DNA of 63,118 nucleotides, counting the filler, from Choristocarpus tenellus KU-1152 (Eukaryota > Protista > Phaeophyceae): assembly GCA_964200185.2 (NCBI GenBank). It is 6 parts of 6 records of this genome, joined end to end, with 100 filler letters (N's around TTAATTAATTAA, not from the genome) between each part and the next. Parts side by side here need not be neighbours in the genome. Positions count along the whole stretch, not along the records: positions 1 to 18,615 come from CAXNAD020000530.1; positions 18,716 to 22,780 come from CAXNAD020016401.1; positions 22,881 to 28,760 come from CAXNAD020009527.1; 3 more parts are not named here. One strand, 5' to 3'. Position 1 is the stretch's first letter. Each line of letters starts with the position of its first letter. The notes under the pieces were generated by a model. That model searched no databases. It was not told the origin of the DNA and saw only the letters and a program-made list of their open reading frames with translations. Below are positions 13,381-26,739 of the stretch, one piece after another. A program made the position numbers and the translations under genes.

Positions 13381-14689
13381 GGTAAAGCAGCAGCGGGGCT
13401 GTCATGGTGACTCCCCACTCCATCATGGACCTAATTTAACATAATGAGGAGGGTGAAGAGGTTGTGGAGAGGTGTGGCATATTGCGACCACATGGGGGAG
13501 AAGGAGATATAGTGTCGTTATGTTAAACACCTGCAAATCATTACAAAATGTGCTTTAAGGTCTTACTCTAGATTACCCTAGCATATTATCATTTCTGTTG
13601 GGGTGTGGAAAGTGCCTATCATTTTGCTCCAGATATGCACTAATCATCCCGCCCATGTTCTATCCCTCCCTGGTATGTTATTTCTTTCTTTTCTGTTTTT
13701 GTTTTGTTTTTTACCCTTGGGAGATTGTTAGACATTGACATGGGCATGGCTGAATCAAGGGAGGGTTGTGGTAGAGAGAGATCAGCACAGAGGGGTTAGT
13801 TTGTTGATGTATTAGAGGTCTTCCAGTCTAGTTCTTGTGGGCTGTTTCATATCCTCTGAGAACCAGGAGTGTCTTAAGTAAACGATATTTTTCATGTCTC
13901 ACAAGGTGTTGATGGAATTTTTTGTTTGTATTGTATTGTGTTTAATCTCATGTTTTGCCTGATATTTCGTACTGCATGTTGCTTCTCAGCAAAACTGTGT
14001 ACTTAAGGTGCCCCGTCACTGTATACAGTAGTACTTTAGAGTTTGTTCATTCTTGTAAGATTTTCTTCTTCTTTTTTCCTTTTCTTCTCAATCTATACTT
14101 CTAAATGTAGAGTGCTATTAATATGCCATTTTCTTCTCCAACATCCACGGCCATTGTGATGGGAAATGAGCGACACAGTTCACCCTCCTTCCCTGAGAGG
14201 AACTGCTCCACTTGAACCTTCCTGTTTGTGTTTGTGCATTTTATCTTTATTTTTTTATCAAGGCCAGCACGTGAAGAAAAGTCAAGAATGGTGTGGTCAG
14301 CAGTATGGTATGACTCCGAAATACACCGATTACGGAATGGTGCATTTAGCTTCAACCGTTTGGGGGTATACCTCAGATTGCTGTTCTTCCCCTCTGACCC
14401 ACAAAATAGTTGGCGGAAATGTCCGGTTTTTGGTTAAGATGAGTGAACTATTGGCAAGTTGACTATATTTTCTTCTTTTGAAAGCAGGTGATTTTTTTTG
14501 GTGCCATACCAGGATTACGTGCTCCTGGTCTTACCTCTTGATGTAGATATCAAAGACGGCGGTGTTGTTAGACAAGTAGTTAGTACGTTAGCATCTTGTT
14601 TAGTTAATAGCAGATGTCTTACCTATGTATGTAGAATATAGAGTGTGGTTGGTGTAGCCCTGTCTCAAGCTATGTGTTCAGTTAAGGCC

Positions 14690-14930
14690 TCAGGCTGACC
14701 CAAAGTCTTACCTGCGTAATGCGATGCTCATTCACTCTCTTCTGTTGAAGAACACATAATGTTGATGTTGTGCACTTCCTGCAGCTTAACACTTGCCAAT
14801 ATTGGCCAATGGGTTGTTGGCAGTACTGCACGAAGGGGAAAGGAGAGCACTCCAAACGCACGTTCTGTGAGGCAGGTCTGACTGACTGCCTTGCTGAAGC
14901 AGAGCACACTAGGCCCACCCACAAGTCTCA
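14690..14930 (+). mobile_element. Short 3' fragment of a decayed LINE
   Basis: Resembles by eye the 3' parts of the LINE copies at about 16.1 kb and 30.6 kb; boundaries approximate. Confidence 0.35.
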
Positions 14931-15949
14931 TACGTTTCATGTTTTTTGCTGTGTATGAGGTAGTTGGGTGGAAGCAGAGTACTGGGGAAACAGGGGTGAT
15001 TTGGAAGCCTAGGTTGCTTGGTAAAATCACTGCCACGACACAATTTTCCTCCACTTCACATGATTTTTTTTTGAATAGATGGAAGGCAACTGCTTGTTGT
15101 TGTCTGCCAGAGTACTTGGAGTTTTTAGAAAGTTGTGTTCTCGCCTACTGACTTTCTAAAGTGTTGGAACTGCAACGTAGAATGAGGTCGCGACGGTAAA
15201 GAAATGTGGCAGACAATTGAAAAAACGGCAAACGCTACTGAGAAGAAAAAACAGATGGTGAGCGCAACAATACTATTTTTGACATTGTGTAGGTAATTTC
15301 ATACTTCAAAATACATAACTGTGTATGTTGTCAACCCGTGAAAGTTTGTTGGTGTCACAAGAGAGTCTTGCAAAGAAGATGTAGGGTTTTCCATGGCAAT
15401 TCTGAAGATTCAAGAAAAGGAAAGTTGACAGTTCACAGGTCTGTATATTCTGCTCTGATGACTTCTTATTTGCTAAGCAATAATACACGCCTCTTTGACT
15501 TGGAGGTTGAAATAAATTATAAATATGCACAATATGTACGATGTACATAATACTGAAATAAGAGCTAAGAACTGACGAAAAAAACTATAAAGCACAACAT
15601 TTTCCCTCTTCTTATCATTATTATTATTTTTCACATTTTTAGTCGGAGGGGTCCTAGACCTTTGGGAAAGGTAGTTGGAAGAAAGCAATACACAAGTGCC
15701 TGAAAAAGAAAATGCAGATGAAAAATAAGAAAAGAAAGTAGCAAAAGGAGAAAAAAAAATAGAACTCACTCGGTGTACCTACAAACGGTAATGAAGATAA
15801 ATCCAGGTGTAATGAACTAAAACTCAGCACTAGGGATAGGACATCATCACCATCGTCACAAATTAGCAGAGATCCTGTACAAAAATGGGGAAAAATAAGA
15901 AATATTATTTAGTGTCACACTCTGTCCATCCAATCCAAGACATCAATCG

Positions 15950-18130
15950 CCATATATCAGACAGGGAAAAGAGGGACACAAGGAGAATCAACAAAAAAGA
16001 TAGAAAAGGCAGTAAGAAAAGAAGCAGATGGTGATGATTGCGTTGATGCCCTGATCTCCTTGGACTACCTTTAGATGCTGCTTTACCAAGACCTACACCA
16101 GCTTTCATAGCTTCCCTGGAATGCCACTCTTCCAAGCTCTTTGTGCCGTTGACCACACACTCGTACCCCTGTTCTGGTCTGTTCGTCTTGTACTTCATTC
16201 CTCAACCATGATCATCTTCCAGGCAGACCGACGGGTTCTTCTCTTGTCCACCTTGCCTCTGTTTTCCATTTGCAAGTCTCCCAACTATATGACCATAAAT
16301 AGTGTATGCTCATCCCTATGTACATGAGAGGTCTCCTCTTTTCCACAATTGACGCAATATTGTCGATCTCGTTGTTCACAAGGATATCTTGGTATGGCAA
16401 CATGTGATTGGTGTGTTCCTCTTTACAAAAGTCCATATGGTGGACCCGGTTATGTGTACAAGCCACACAACCAAATATGTAACAGGAACTCAAGTACTTA
16501 AGCCTTGAGCACTCAAATCTCAAGTTCAAGTTACACAACTGAGATTCTGACATAGAACACTTGGCTGTACTTGTGGAAACAAAACCAGACTTCTTGAAAC
16601 TGTTGACTGACCTTGGCAGTGATATTGACTTCATAATTGATGGTGCCTCCAAGGCAAAACAAACTTGTTGATGATCTGCTTGTAGTTCTGACCCAAAGCG
16701 CGGATCTGGATATAATGTCTGCGACTCTGTTGGGAAGTACATGGCACATGGTTTCTTCCCTCAACTCAGGCACCCTCAGCCTCAATGACTTGACCACCTT
16801 CATTATTGCGGTCACCATTCTGGTTAAACTTCCTTAGGTCTGAGGCACAACACCTACATCGTCAGTCTAGAGCATTCCCGCAGTCGTAATCCTCTGACTT
16901 GTAGTTTCTTGCAGCTCCCTTGATGACAACAGGACCTTGAAGACGACTGGGTTGGTATTGATCCTTTTAACCGCTGTGCTTAGTACTGCAGTGAAGATGG
17001 TTTTGAACAGGATGGGGGCAAGACTATACCCTTGCCAAAGACCTTACCTGACCTCAAACCAATCCGCACACTCTCATCACCCATGCAGATGCACACCCAT
17101 ATTCCGTCATGGAATTGGTGGGTGACTGATATGATCTCCTTAAGCACTCCAAACTTGGCAAGTACAGTCCACAGGAAGTCGTGGCAAATAGAGTCACATA
17201 CTTCATGTAGCAAAACAAAACACATGCAAAGAAGAACGTACTTTTTTCCAGGCTGACCTCCTGGGAGGAACATAAAGTGTACATCATGTGCACTGTAGAG
17301 TATCAGGGAAGGAAACAACACTGTTCCTCATGGAGTATATTCTACCATTCCAAGTAAGCTCCCAGTTTTCGTGCAATGATGTGTTGAGAAGCACATTGCC
17401 AGGATGTCCCTGTAGTTTCCACAACTTCTGCAATTATTTTCCTTGAGGAGAACTGCGACGATTGCATCCTTCCAAAAGTGCGACACATCTAGCCGGTCCC
17501 ATACAGTCAATACAATCTTGTGGAAACTCCGGAGGATGAATTCATGCTCATTAAGAAGTTTCAACATTTCATCTGGAAGATGATCAGGTTTCATTTCCTT
17601 TCCATTTGCCATGGCCCAGATTGCTTCAGTCACTCCCACTAGCACTGGTGCATTCGCAAGTGCAACGAAAGAGGATCATTGGTGCAGGGCATCAGCACTA
17701 TTGGATTGAGGGTGACCACCTTGTTATCGCGGAGTACTTCAAATTGTCCCTGCCACCAATCAATGATGAGTCATTGCTCTATCGGTAGCCTGTCAGACCT
17801 GTGGCGAATGTGTTGGGAGTCACTCTTTCCTGTCCTCTCTACCTTGAAAAATTTCGGGTTCGTTAGAAACCCGATCGATTCCTACCATAAATGTACCCTT
17901 CCATCTTTCTGGTGTCAAGAAAGTCCTGTAAGGCAGACACCTCACTCGTTTGACTTGTTCCCCAGCTACTTTCATAACCGCCTTGAAGATTGCGTTTGGG
18001 GGGTCCGTTCACTATTGTTGCCATGCTCATTCGCAGTCCTCCCAGTCTTCTAAGAAGATTATTTAAGTCTGCTCACTTTAACATCACCTTCCTGGGAATA
18101 ATTTCCATGTGGGAGGAGACAAAGCTTCCT
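15950..18130 (-). mobile_element. Decayed RTE-like non-LTR retrotransposon (RT region plus 3' end)
   Basis: Frameshifted RT motifs: WKDAIVAVLLKENNCRSCGNYRDI; ML*TDDVGVV (YADD box, 16858-16869); RMVTAIMKVVKSLRLRV..ETMC; FCLGGTI. No introns, many stops; boundaries approximate. Confidence 0.85.
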
Positions 18131-18615
18131 AAGCAACTCGAAACAAACGGGGTGTGAGTGGAGATTCAACATTCTTGATTGATGTAGTTACACCGGTAGA
18201 AATTTGCTGTGTAGAGTGCTACTCCAGAGTATTTTTGAAACTAGTGAAGACATGACCAGGATAGAAGCGAGGAGAAGAGGAGAAGAACACATAATCACAG
18301 TAGATCATAGCACATCTTGGTGAATATCAAACCAATGAGAAACTAAAAACGATGTGTGACTTTGAGTAAAGGGCACACATCTAACTTCAGCAAACTTCAC
18401 ACATATCACTGCACCAGCAACGTAATTGCATTTCTGGGGGATTGCTTATACATCGTCTTTCACCAGATGTTGTCAGTCTCCTGTTCAGATGACCATCACC
18501 AAAGCAACACATCAAACTCAGCTGCGACGAACGGTGTTGAACATCATTCCATTTCCCACAGCCAACATGTTAAAGTATCCCCAAAATCATCAAAGAGGAT
18601 AAAGGTGATAAACCC

Positions 18616-18715
18616 NNNNNNNNNNNNNNNNNNNNNNNNNNNNNNNNNNNNNNNNNNNNTTAATTAATTAANNNNNNNNNNNNNNNNNNNNNNNNNNNNN
18701 NNNNNNNNNNNNNNN
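18616..18715. other. Artificial contig-joining spacer N44-TTAATTAATTAA-N44
   Basis: Exactly 100 nt, identical to four other spacers; the 12-mer puts stops in all six frames. Confidence 0.97.
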
Positions 18716-19412
18716 GGGTAATGGGCTACTGCCATGGGCATAAAATCTGAAGTATAAGTGATCATGGAGGACGTACGTACTTGGCTGTCTATTATAATAA
18801 TAATTTCTTCATCATTGTGACTACTGTGGTAAATTTTGACTACTGATTACCAATCTACTAACACATTTTATCGTGTTGAAAAATATGTACTCTAAGAAAG
18901 GGGTTTTTTACTTGCCCCTACTCTCTCTTTTATAGGTACACCAACTGTAATAGCCAAAGTATATATATACTTGGTGTATGAAGTACTATGTATTGATCCT
19001 AAGAAGTGCCATACTACCTAGGATAGGATAAGAGTTTTGGTTTGAAGTGTATTGCGTAACATAAAAAAAATATTACAGCAATGTGTTTTTCTTGTATTTC
19101 GACAGGAAGATTACGTCTGTTTGTAAGGGAGGAAAAAGCGTTGAGGCCGGCGTAAAGGAAAGTCATATGTTGTTAATATATATTTACCAGTGTACCATCC
19201 CACCCTGCCAACCAGCTTATGTTTTTATTTTGTCAAATTGTATCCACTCCTGCCTCCATGAATAAACCAGAAGCATGTGTCAATCTATGGCTGTTTACGG
19301 GGGGTTTTCAATCCTACTGCACTTTAGTGTCATGTGATAGCAGGCGTCATACCCACTCTTTGCATACATGCGAGCTGATACAGACCCATTTTGCACCACC
19401 TAATTGGGTCTC

Positions 19413-19439
19413 GTGTGTGTGTGTGTGTGTGTGTGTGTG
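19413..19439. repeat. (GT)n microsatellite
   Basis: Read directly. Confidence 0.9.
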
Positions 19440-19544
19440 CTCATTGTGCTCATTGTGCTCCCTCTCATCACTGTTGATTTTACTGAGCCCAATTACAGCC
19501 GTTTGTACATTTAAAATATATACTACATTGTTTTGTTTTCCCAG

Positions 19545-20317
19545 GAGTACTCGCTGGTGAGGGAGAGAGGGGAAGATCACCTCCTGCTGGACGTCCGTTC
19601 AACTGTCCAGTTTGATATGTGCGCTCTCCAAGGTGCCATGAACATACCCCTCAGGGACCTAGAGGTAAGTTGTGTGATACAAGCAAACCAGAGTCAATAG
19701 AAGGGTAAGGCACTAAAGGACGAGGGTGCTCAGTAATCGTACTCAGTATAGGTAAAAACGCTTGTGAATGGTCTTCTATTGTTGGAGCAGTGCCATGTCA
19801 TGTGAAAACTCGGTAATTTATTCAACATACAGTGTAGCACTGAAAGGTGTGTGGGAAGTGCAAGGCACCCAATCCATTATAGCTCTAGATAGATGGATTT
19901 GGTTTTTGGTAAAAGGGCTGTAATGTAACAATCCAACCTGAACTGCTCAAGTTCTTGATTTCACCAAAAACATTATGTTGTGCTTAGTGCTCAGAAACGT
20001 GACTTTTGAGCTTCAGACACATACTCATGCCTTCAGGTCTCTGACCTCCAAAAACTCCTGTTTTTATGCTGAACCTTTCTTGCATGTATGTCAAACTCTT
20101 GTACCCCTTCCGTTCATGACTGCAGCTGTCTCTTTCCCGAGTGGAGGTATTGAGCCGGTCTGGGACGGTTCCCATTTATTGCATGTGTCGAAGGGGGGTG
20201 GACTCGAGGACGGCAACTATCCTCCTTTCCAACAAGGGATTCGATTCAGTGAAGGATGTTGAAGGTGGCCTGCAGCGCTGGTCTAGGGATGTAGACAAGA
20301 GCTTCCCAACATACTAG
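19545..20317 (+). CDS. MOCS3: Last two exons (rhodanese domain) of adenylyltransferase/sulfurtransferase MOCS3/UBA4; upstream exons not located
   Basis: Exons 19545-19664 (EYSLVRERGEDHLLLDVRSTVQFDMCALQGAMNIPLRDLE) and 20126-20317 (..PIYCMCRRGVDSRTATILL..VKDVEGGLQRWSRDVDKSFPTY*). The CRRGxDS loop and the GGLxxW..VD..FPxY C-terminus are typical of MOCS3/Uba4. Not present in the ORF track. Confidence 0.92.
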
Positions 20318-22604
20318 TGGCCAAAATTGTCTTAAGGCATGGGTAGGGTGAGAATTGCAGAAGGGGTTCAGGCCTACCCGTTACTTTTTTGTTTGAAGCT
20401 CGAGCTTATTGCAGTCGAAGATACGTGCCATAGGTTGGCTATGTATCGTTTTGAAGGAATGATCGGAAGGATGGAAAAGAGATTTAATGCTACCATGTGA
20501 GAGAAGTTGTGGTTTCATGGAAGGGACTGACGTTTTTGCTCAAACATATTCTAGTTGAATTGTAATAGTGGCATTGAAGCGTGCATGTAGAGGAGCATAC
20601 CATAAAGGCCGCCAGTGTGACTGCTAATCGACTTTTGAGCTGGCAGGGGTACACAATACACATGGTATACATACATGCATACAAGGTAATACAAATTGAG
20701 ACTTACCGAGCCTTGAGGTCATTTTATCTTGTATATTTGTAACTGAGAGTGATTGGACAGACAAGTAATGTAAGTTGATCTCTTGTCTTAATACTTTGTA
20801 TTATAGGTATCATTTTAGCTGTTTGTTTTTAATGAAATGCTGTTTCCTCTTGTTGGAGCAGTTTGTTCGTTGTTGCTTCCTACTTCCGTTCAGCAGTTTG
20901 AACAGTTTGGGGGCTATGAATACACAAGATAGTACAATTTTTTCATTGTTTTAGGGGTCTTGCAAAAAACCATTCTTAGGTTACTCTAAAATCTCCTCAA
21001 GACTCGATTGTCTACCACCTATTCTATGCCAACCGCTGTGAAGCTGCAAGAAATGCCTTCCCAACAACGTTTTTTATAGAAGCATATACCCTAGCGGGCT
21101 CTGACTAATCCAGAAATTCGGGAATTCGGCCAAGCGAGGAATCGGAGGTTGGTGGAGCATCGTAACACTATGCATTTACCCCGAACAACAGCACAATGAG
21201 TTGAGTACATGTCATCAACAGTTCAATCTTTGTCATACCATACTTCCGACTAAACTGAAACTCTAGTTTAAATGCTGCTTCCCGATGTGTTATTTTTCCT
21301 CATCCGTTCAAATTGTTCAAGCTCATACTGAACAGGGTTAGCATTCATAGCGATTCTTGCTCATTAGAGAACCAGGTACCTGCTTTTATGGTGAGATACA
21401 ACCTAGTGCCACGTAAACGTATCTAGCCCTGGACATCAGCAAGTTACGCTCTATTTTTTTTCCTCGCGGTATTTTGATCAGTGTGCAGTTCATCATCGAG
21501 ATAACTTGGTCATTATCTACATTGGTCTGTCTTCCCAGTGGAACTGAGATCTGGCCATATGCGACCCAAGAAGAGCTTTGCCGCAACCATCCAGTTTATA
21601 GCGTGTGACTTTGCTTCAATCCTTTGCTACAATCAAATCACAGTGAGATCCAAGAACTGGATCTGGTGAACAAGTAGTCCAGTCGAGTAGGTCAAATGCA
21701 TCCCTTTCAACGGAGGTAGATTCTATAAGGGCTGTTGTTGTGGAACTTTTTTACTTTTGAGGAATTTTAGAACAGAACGGGCAACATGGAACAGGGTAAA
21801 ATATTTATTTAGGATGGCGGGACAATTTTTCCCACACCAAGATGCTGAAGCAAGGTAATTGCGACTGCACTATTGAACCACCAGGCATGAAAAAAAAAAA
21901 TGCTACGAAGTACTCATATTCTCCAATGTGAGCATGGTTCCTCCTCTCTGTTTGTAAGGGTGTGGCCAGGTGAATGAATACATTGTATAAATATCTAAGT
22001 GACCACTAATAATGAATCGAACTGCCTCTATTCATGCCTTGCTTCTCCCCCGTTGGGTTCTTGTCATCCCTCCACTTGTTGTTCCACCTCCTTCAAATCT
22101 TGTGCTGGACTCGGCTCGGCGTCACTTGACAATGAACAAGCCTTTCCACCTCGTTCTTTGTCCATCGTTTTTGTGGCATAACGACAGATATATAGCATGG
22201 TACCTCTCAGGTAGGTGTACAATCTGTGGTGCTTGCCATGTGGAATTCAGATAGTTGAACCGGATTTCCGTCGAAAGAAGGCTGGTGTCAATGGAATTTA
22301 AATATTTGAAAGAAATTCATACGAGGAAATTCGTCCTTGATCACTGATCCAGTAGAAATACTTAGTAGCGACAATCTCGCTCATACCCAATATTACTTGA
22401 AATAATAGGACGCCAACAGCATCAACACACAAAGTCCTATGGGAAGGGGGGGGGGGGGGTGCGGATTAGATAAGCTAGCAAAGAGTGCTCTTGCTTGCCT
22501 CTTCCTTGCCACATGAATTAGGCTGACTCTTGCTGTTTTTGGAGTTGGATTTGACGACAGAGGTTTCAAAATAGTGACTCGGTGATATTGATGGTTCTCA
22601 TTGG

Positions 22605-22780
22605 CTCAAAGTATCTGGGGAGGGGGGTGGCGGCTGTGTACTTGGGATCAATTTTTTCATGTTGCGATTTTTGGGTGATTTGGTTGCATACGTCGGATGG
22701 ATAATGTAAGTGCACTTTTCCTGGTCATGGCCCAAATAGACACCCCACCCTGGTGTAGACCCCCCCCCCCCCCCCCCCCC
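22605..22780 (+). mobile_element. MITE family A copy, truncated at contig end in poly-C
   Basis: Begins CTCAAAGTATCTGGGGAGG and aligns by eye with the complete copy at 41881-42046. Confidence 0.8.
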
Positions 22781-22880
22781 NNNNNNNNNNNNNNNNNNNN
22801 NNNNNNNNNNNNNNNNNNNNNNNNTTAATTAATTAANNNNNNNNNNNNNNNNNNNNNNNNNNNNNNNNNNNNNNNNNNNN
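22781..22880. other. Artificial contig-joining spacer
   Basis: N44-TTAATTAATTAA-N44. Confidence 0.97.
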
Positions 22881-22886
22881 CCGGCA

Positions 22887-22911
22887 CCCCCCCCCCCCCA
22901 GATACTTTGAC
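22887..22911. mobile_element. MITE family A terminus at contig start
   Basis: Poly-C followed by AGATACTTTGAC, matching the family TIR. Confidence 0.6.
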
Positions 22912-23608
22912 CCTGAACCAGCAATACCGTAGCCTCACAACCCCTTTACACTATTGATGTAGTTCTCTAAGACCTCAATCTAAAATACTATTTAGTGCTT
23001 ATCGGCACTTGCACCAGTACCAGCAGCCAGTACAGAGCATATGATCCACAGTACATTGTACACTCAGTTGCCCGTAAGAGTACATGCCTGCTTGGCGCTA
23101 AACCACCGCACAGAATATAAACACACAAAAGGCGAATCGCCTATTAATATCTCACCCTGTACAAGACATCGTCGACAGAACACTCAACACGCCTTGGTCG
23201 GACCAAGGCAGGGGAACAGACAGAGGGAGAGGAGGCAGGCAACAACATGCTCAACCAATCACGTGCTACCTTGCACACAAAAAAATAAAATACACACACA
23301 CACACACACCGCAACAACAAAAAAATAAAATACACACTGCATCTCCGCGTCCCACAACTCACACCTTCCAACCAACAGAAAAAAGCAAAAACGCACGAGC
23401 ACATCCTTTTCCCTCGTGCGCACGCACACAGCAGCAGAGCATTGACACCACCCAAAACCATGCGGAGAGCGTGCTACAAGTCCGGACCACTTCATCACTG
23501 AAAGCAACACACATTGTGCCATCGCAAACGCCTCCAAAAAAGACGCCACAACCATCACACACAGCCGAAAATTCTCATCAGACAACTGCCGCCACTCTAC
23601 CAACCCAC

Positions 23609-26394
23609 CGCTCCTTCCGTCATGCCGAACAACTGCTGCAGGGCAGGTGAACTTCGTGCTACCGTTGTCACCATAGCCGTGCTCCGTAGTGCCACTGCGC
23701 TCCTTGAACGCTCTGAGGCGGAGAGACACGATAGATTACCAAACTGCAAAATGCAAAGAAGGTGATTTTTCCCTTTTTTTAAAGTCTCGCAAGGGTCGCA
23801 CCTCATTACAAAAAGAAAAAGCAAAACAAACATATTTTGCTTTTTTTACAAGTTGGTCTCTTCTCTTTGATGGGGCTTGGGTCTGCGCATGCACTTGGCA
23901 TCAAAAGGAATACCAATGCGTTAGATGTACGCACCATCAGAAAAAAACGCACTAGATTTTTTTGTTTAATCAATCCAGACCTCATACTAATCTTCGAGAG
24001 CTGTCCGAGATTTTGATGTATCAGGCACCCCCCCCCCTCCTTTGCCTAACGGATGACAAGCTGCTTCAGCAAGCAACAACAACAATGATTAACCAAGGGC
24101 ATAATCTATACCACCTCCCTTCCCCTACTCCCCATTGCACAAACGCCAGACTTTCATCAAACTCCTCCTGTCCTCACCTGCCAATTGTGTGTGCTCCCGA
24201 CAAAGCCACGATCTCCTGATCGGAAAATCCCATCCTGTGGAAAACCCTGCGAAGGTGACTCGCAGCGTCCTTGCTCCCATCCCCAAAGGGTGCATTGCCA
24301 TCCGGTAAGTTCCCCTCCTTAGGGCATTCACTTGGCAGTTTTGTGTCAACACGCCCATACCGTATGGGGATCTTGGGACCTATACGGAGTTTGGAAGTGA
24401 GTTGGGAAAGACAGGGGAGGTCAGGGAACCAGAGATAAGGGCTACGCACTTTGTTACATCCTGTCACAATTCCTTGTAGTAGATGTGTAGTTTTCCCAGG
24501 CTCCACCCAAGTCTCCCCCTTTTAACCAAATCAGCGTCCTCTCAACTGCTCCACATCTCCATCCCATTATCACTCATGGAGAACACTACTTTCACCACAA
24601 TTTATTATGTCGTCTTTACATTCCAGGTGGATGACCTCTTCCCCCTGCTTGTCGCTGAGCATGGTTAAATACGCCTACAAACAAGTCTTTAAGAATATGT
24701 CAATATCCTCGTGTGTCAGTGACTGTTCAGAGTGCATGCCTTCAAGGCGAAAATTACAAGTCACAGCACAAACGCAGGATATTATTGTTCCCATCATACC
24801 ATCAGTCTCCACCTCAATAACAGCTGAAGTTTATTATGCTGACTGATCCCTATTCAGTCCTTTGTAGCAAACTTACCCCCCATGAATTCCACGGCCTCTG
24901 CACTCGCCATTTGCATGAGATCAGCCCAACTGACAAAAGGATACTTGAACTTTAGTTTCGATGAAACATGGCAGATGGGGTGGGGGGGAAATAAGCATAG
25001 GGTTAATGCATGGTGCAGAACACAATCTCAAGGAGTAAATCATAGGAGCATGGAACACACTTCAAGATTTTGTGTTGAAGAGGCCATGGATTCAATGACA
25101 CAGCTTCTAACGTCTTTGGCAGTAATGGTTCGATATACAGACCGTGTCAGTATCACCTTTATCTTTCTGAGGTATCCAAGAGCTTTTGAGAGGCCAGCAT
25201 TCGCACCGTGCATAATCTCCGGGTCAAATCGAATACTATACATTAACAGTGGGCCGGAAAACAGGGAGGATCGGATAATGTATGCGTGTGAGACAGCGAG
25301 CGGTTCAAAGTGGCGAGCACGGTAGTTGAGACTAGAGTAGGGGTGTGGAGGCTGGAATGTTCACATCGTACGTACAAAGGTTGTTGAATAGTTTTTAAGG
25401 CTACTGCTGTGCCACCACCTGCAAGCACGGAAATGGTAGACAGGCTTGAGGCATTGGTGCGTTCGCTGATAGGCGTTCGATGTGAAGTCAATTCGAGGTC
25501 GTCACGAATCAAACAAAGAAAACAATATCGCAACATTGTACCCACACCCATCGTAACATACACATTTCCAAGACTACAAAAGCACCCCAATGCAGTATCG
25601 GCAAACAATGCTGTAGAGATAGAACCCACAAAAAGAGTGCGCTACACAAACTCAACCTTCCATTGGCGCCACCACACAGCGGCCATTCTTTAATTGACGC
25701 GTCGTACGTGCCAGAGTCATGCCAGGCCAGGCGGATCAAGATTGGTCCTGTATCCACGCGATGGGATAGGGACATTGGATGTAGATGAACGAATCCATCA
25801 ATGTTTCAACGAAACCAACAGCAATGAATTCTATAGTTGAGTTCATTCTTTGGTGTGCATCGTGTCAAGGGTAGCGCCACACATGGATGACTTCCCACAT
25901 ATTTTGGGTCATGAACCACAACACATTTGCACTCTGGAGTAGCTTTTGGTGATGAGAGAAATCAGAAGGTGAGATAGTGAATCAGCATTCCTGGCCACAG
26001 CAGTACTGAAAACTAGCACAACTAGGTGGAGCAAGGCACTGTGTTGTTTAGAATCGCACCACAGTTGAGTTCATCAAGCAGGGCTTTAATGTCTCTCTGG
26101 CAATCCCGGAGTGTTGCCTTTGGTTTCCGCCAGAGAGAGAAAAAGAAACCAAGTAGAACCGCGATAAGCGCAAGCCCTACCCCCAGATATCCCACCATAT
26201 TCTAGGGAAGGTTGAGTCCTAAGTAACAGGGATGGCCTCTATGTGAAATCCTCAATAAATCCTCTTCAACATCACTTTGTACAGAAATAAATATCCACAA
26301 TGAAGTTGATCTATGATTGATTTGCTATATATCGATGGATCGATTGATTACACGACCATTAAATCAGTAGTAGGACCAATACGTACACTGACAT
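23609..26394 (-). CDS. APX: Ascorbate peroxidase (class I heme peroxidase); C-terminal exons not found before the contig end
   Basis: Exons 26117-26060, 25747-25657, 25235-25157, 24949-24877, 24379-24178, 23712-23609; tentative first exon with ATG at 26394. Motifs: [17 protein letters not shown] (distal R/W/H), [50 protein letters not shown] (proximal His and ascorbate-binding Arg). Confidence 0.93.
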
Positions 26395-26739
26395 TTTGTG
26401 ACGTATGTTTTATATATATATTGTAGTAGTTGGTAGTAGTAGTGCAAGGATTGCTCGAACCATTAGTGTTGAATGCAAGAACCGAGTGGGTGACGTGGTG
26501 GTATTGATGCGACCGGTCTGGTCTTGTTCATGCGATGTGATTGGGTGGGCTATAAGAGATAAGAAGAGGTGGGATTCTTGGCTTAAACTGTCATCCTTAC
26601 TAAATGCAAGTCTTCTTGTGGGGAGGAGAAGACCAAACAGTAAAATGGAGTGGGTTTGGCAGTGAAGGGACTAATAATTCCAACATGAGTTATAGTAGAT
26701 TTCCTTGATGAACAGGTGATGAAGGTCCGATCACGTGAT

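Noticed and set aside
18660-18671. Palindromic TTAATTAATTAA as a biological site
   Set aside because: Always centred in an identical N-spacer; it is an assembly linker
19545-26394. MOCS3 plus APX as a sulfur/redox gene cluster
   Set aside because: Separated by an artificial spacer; different contigs
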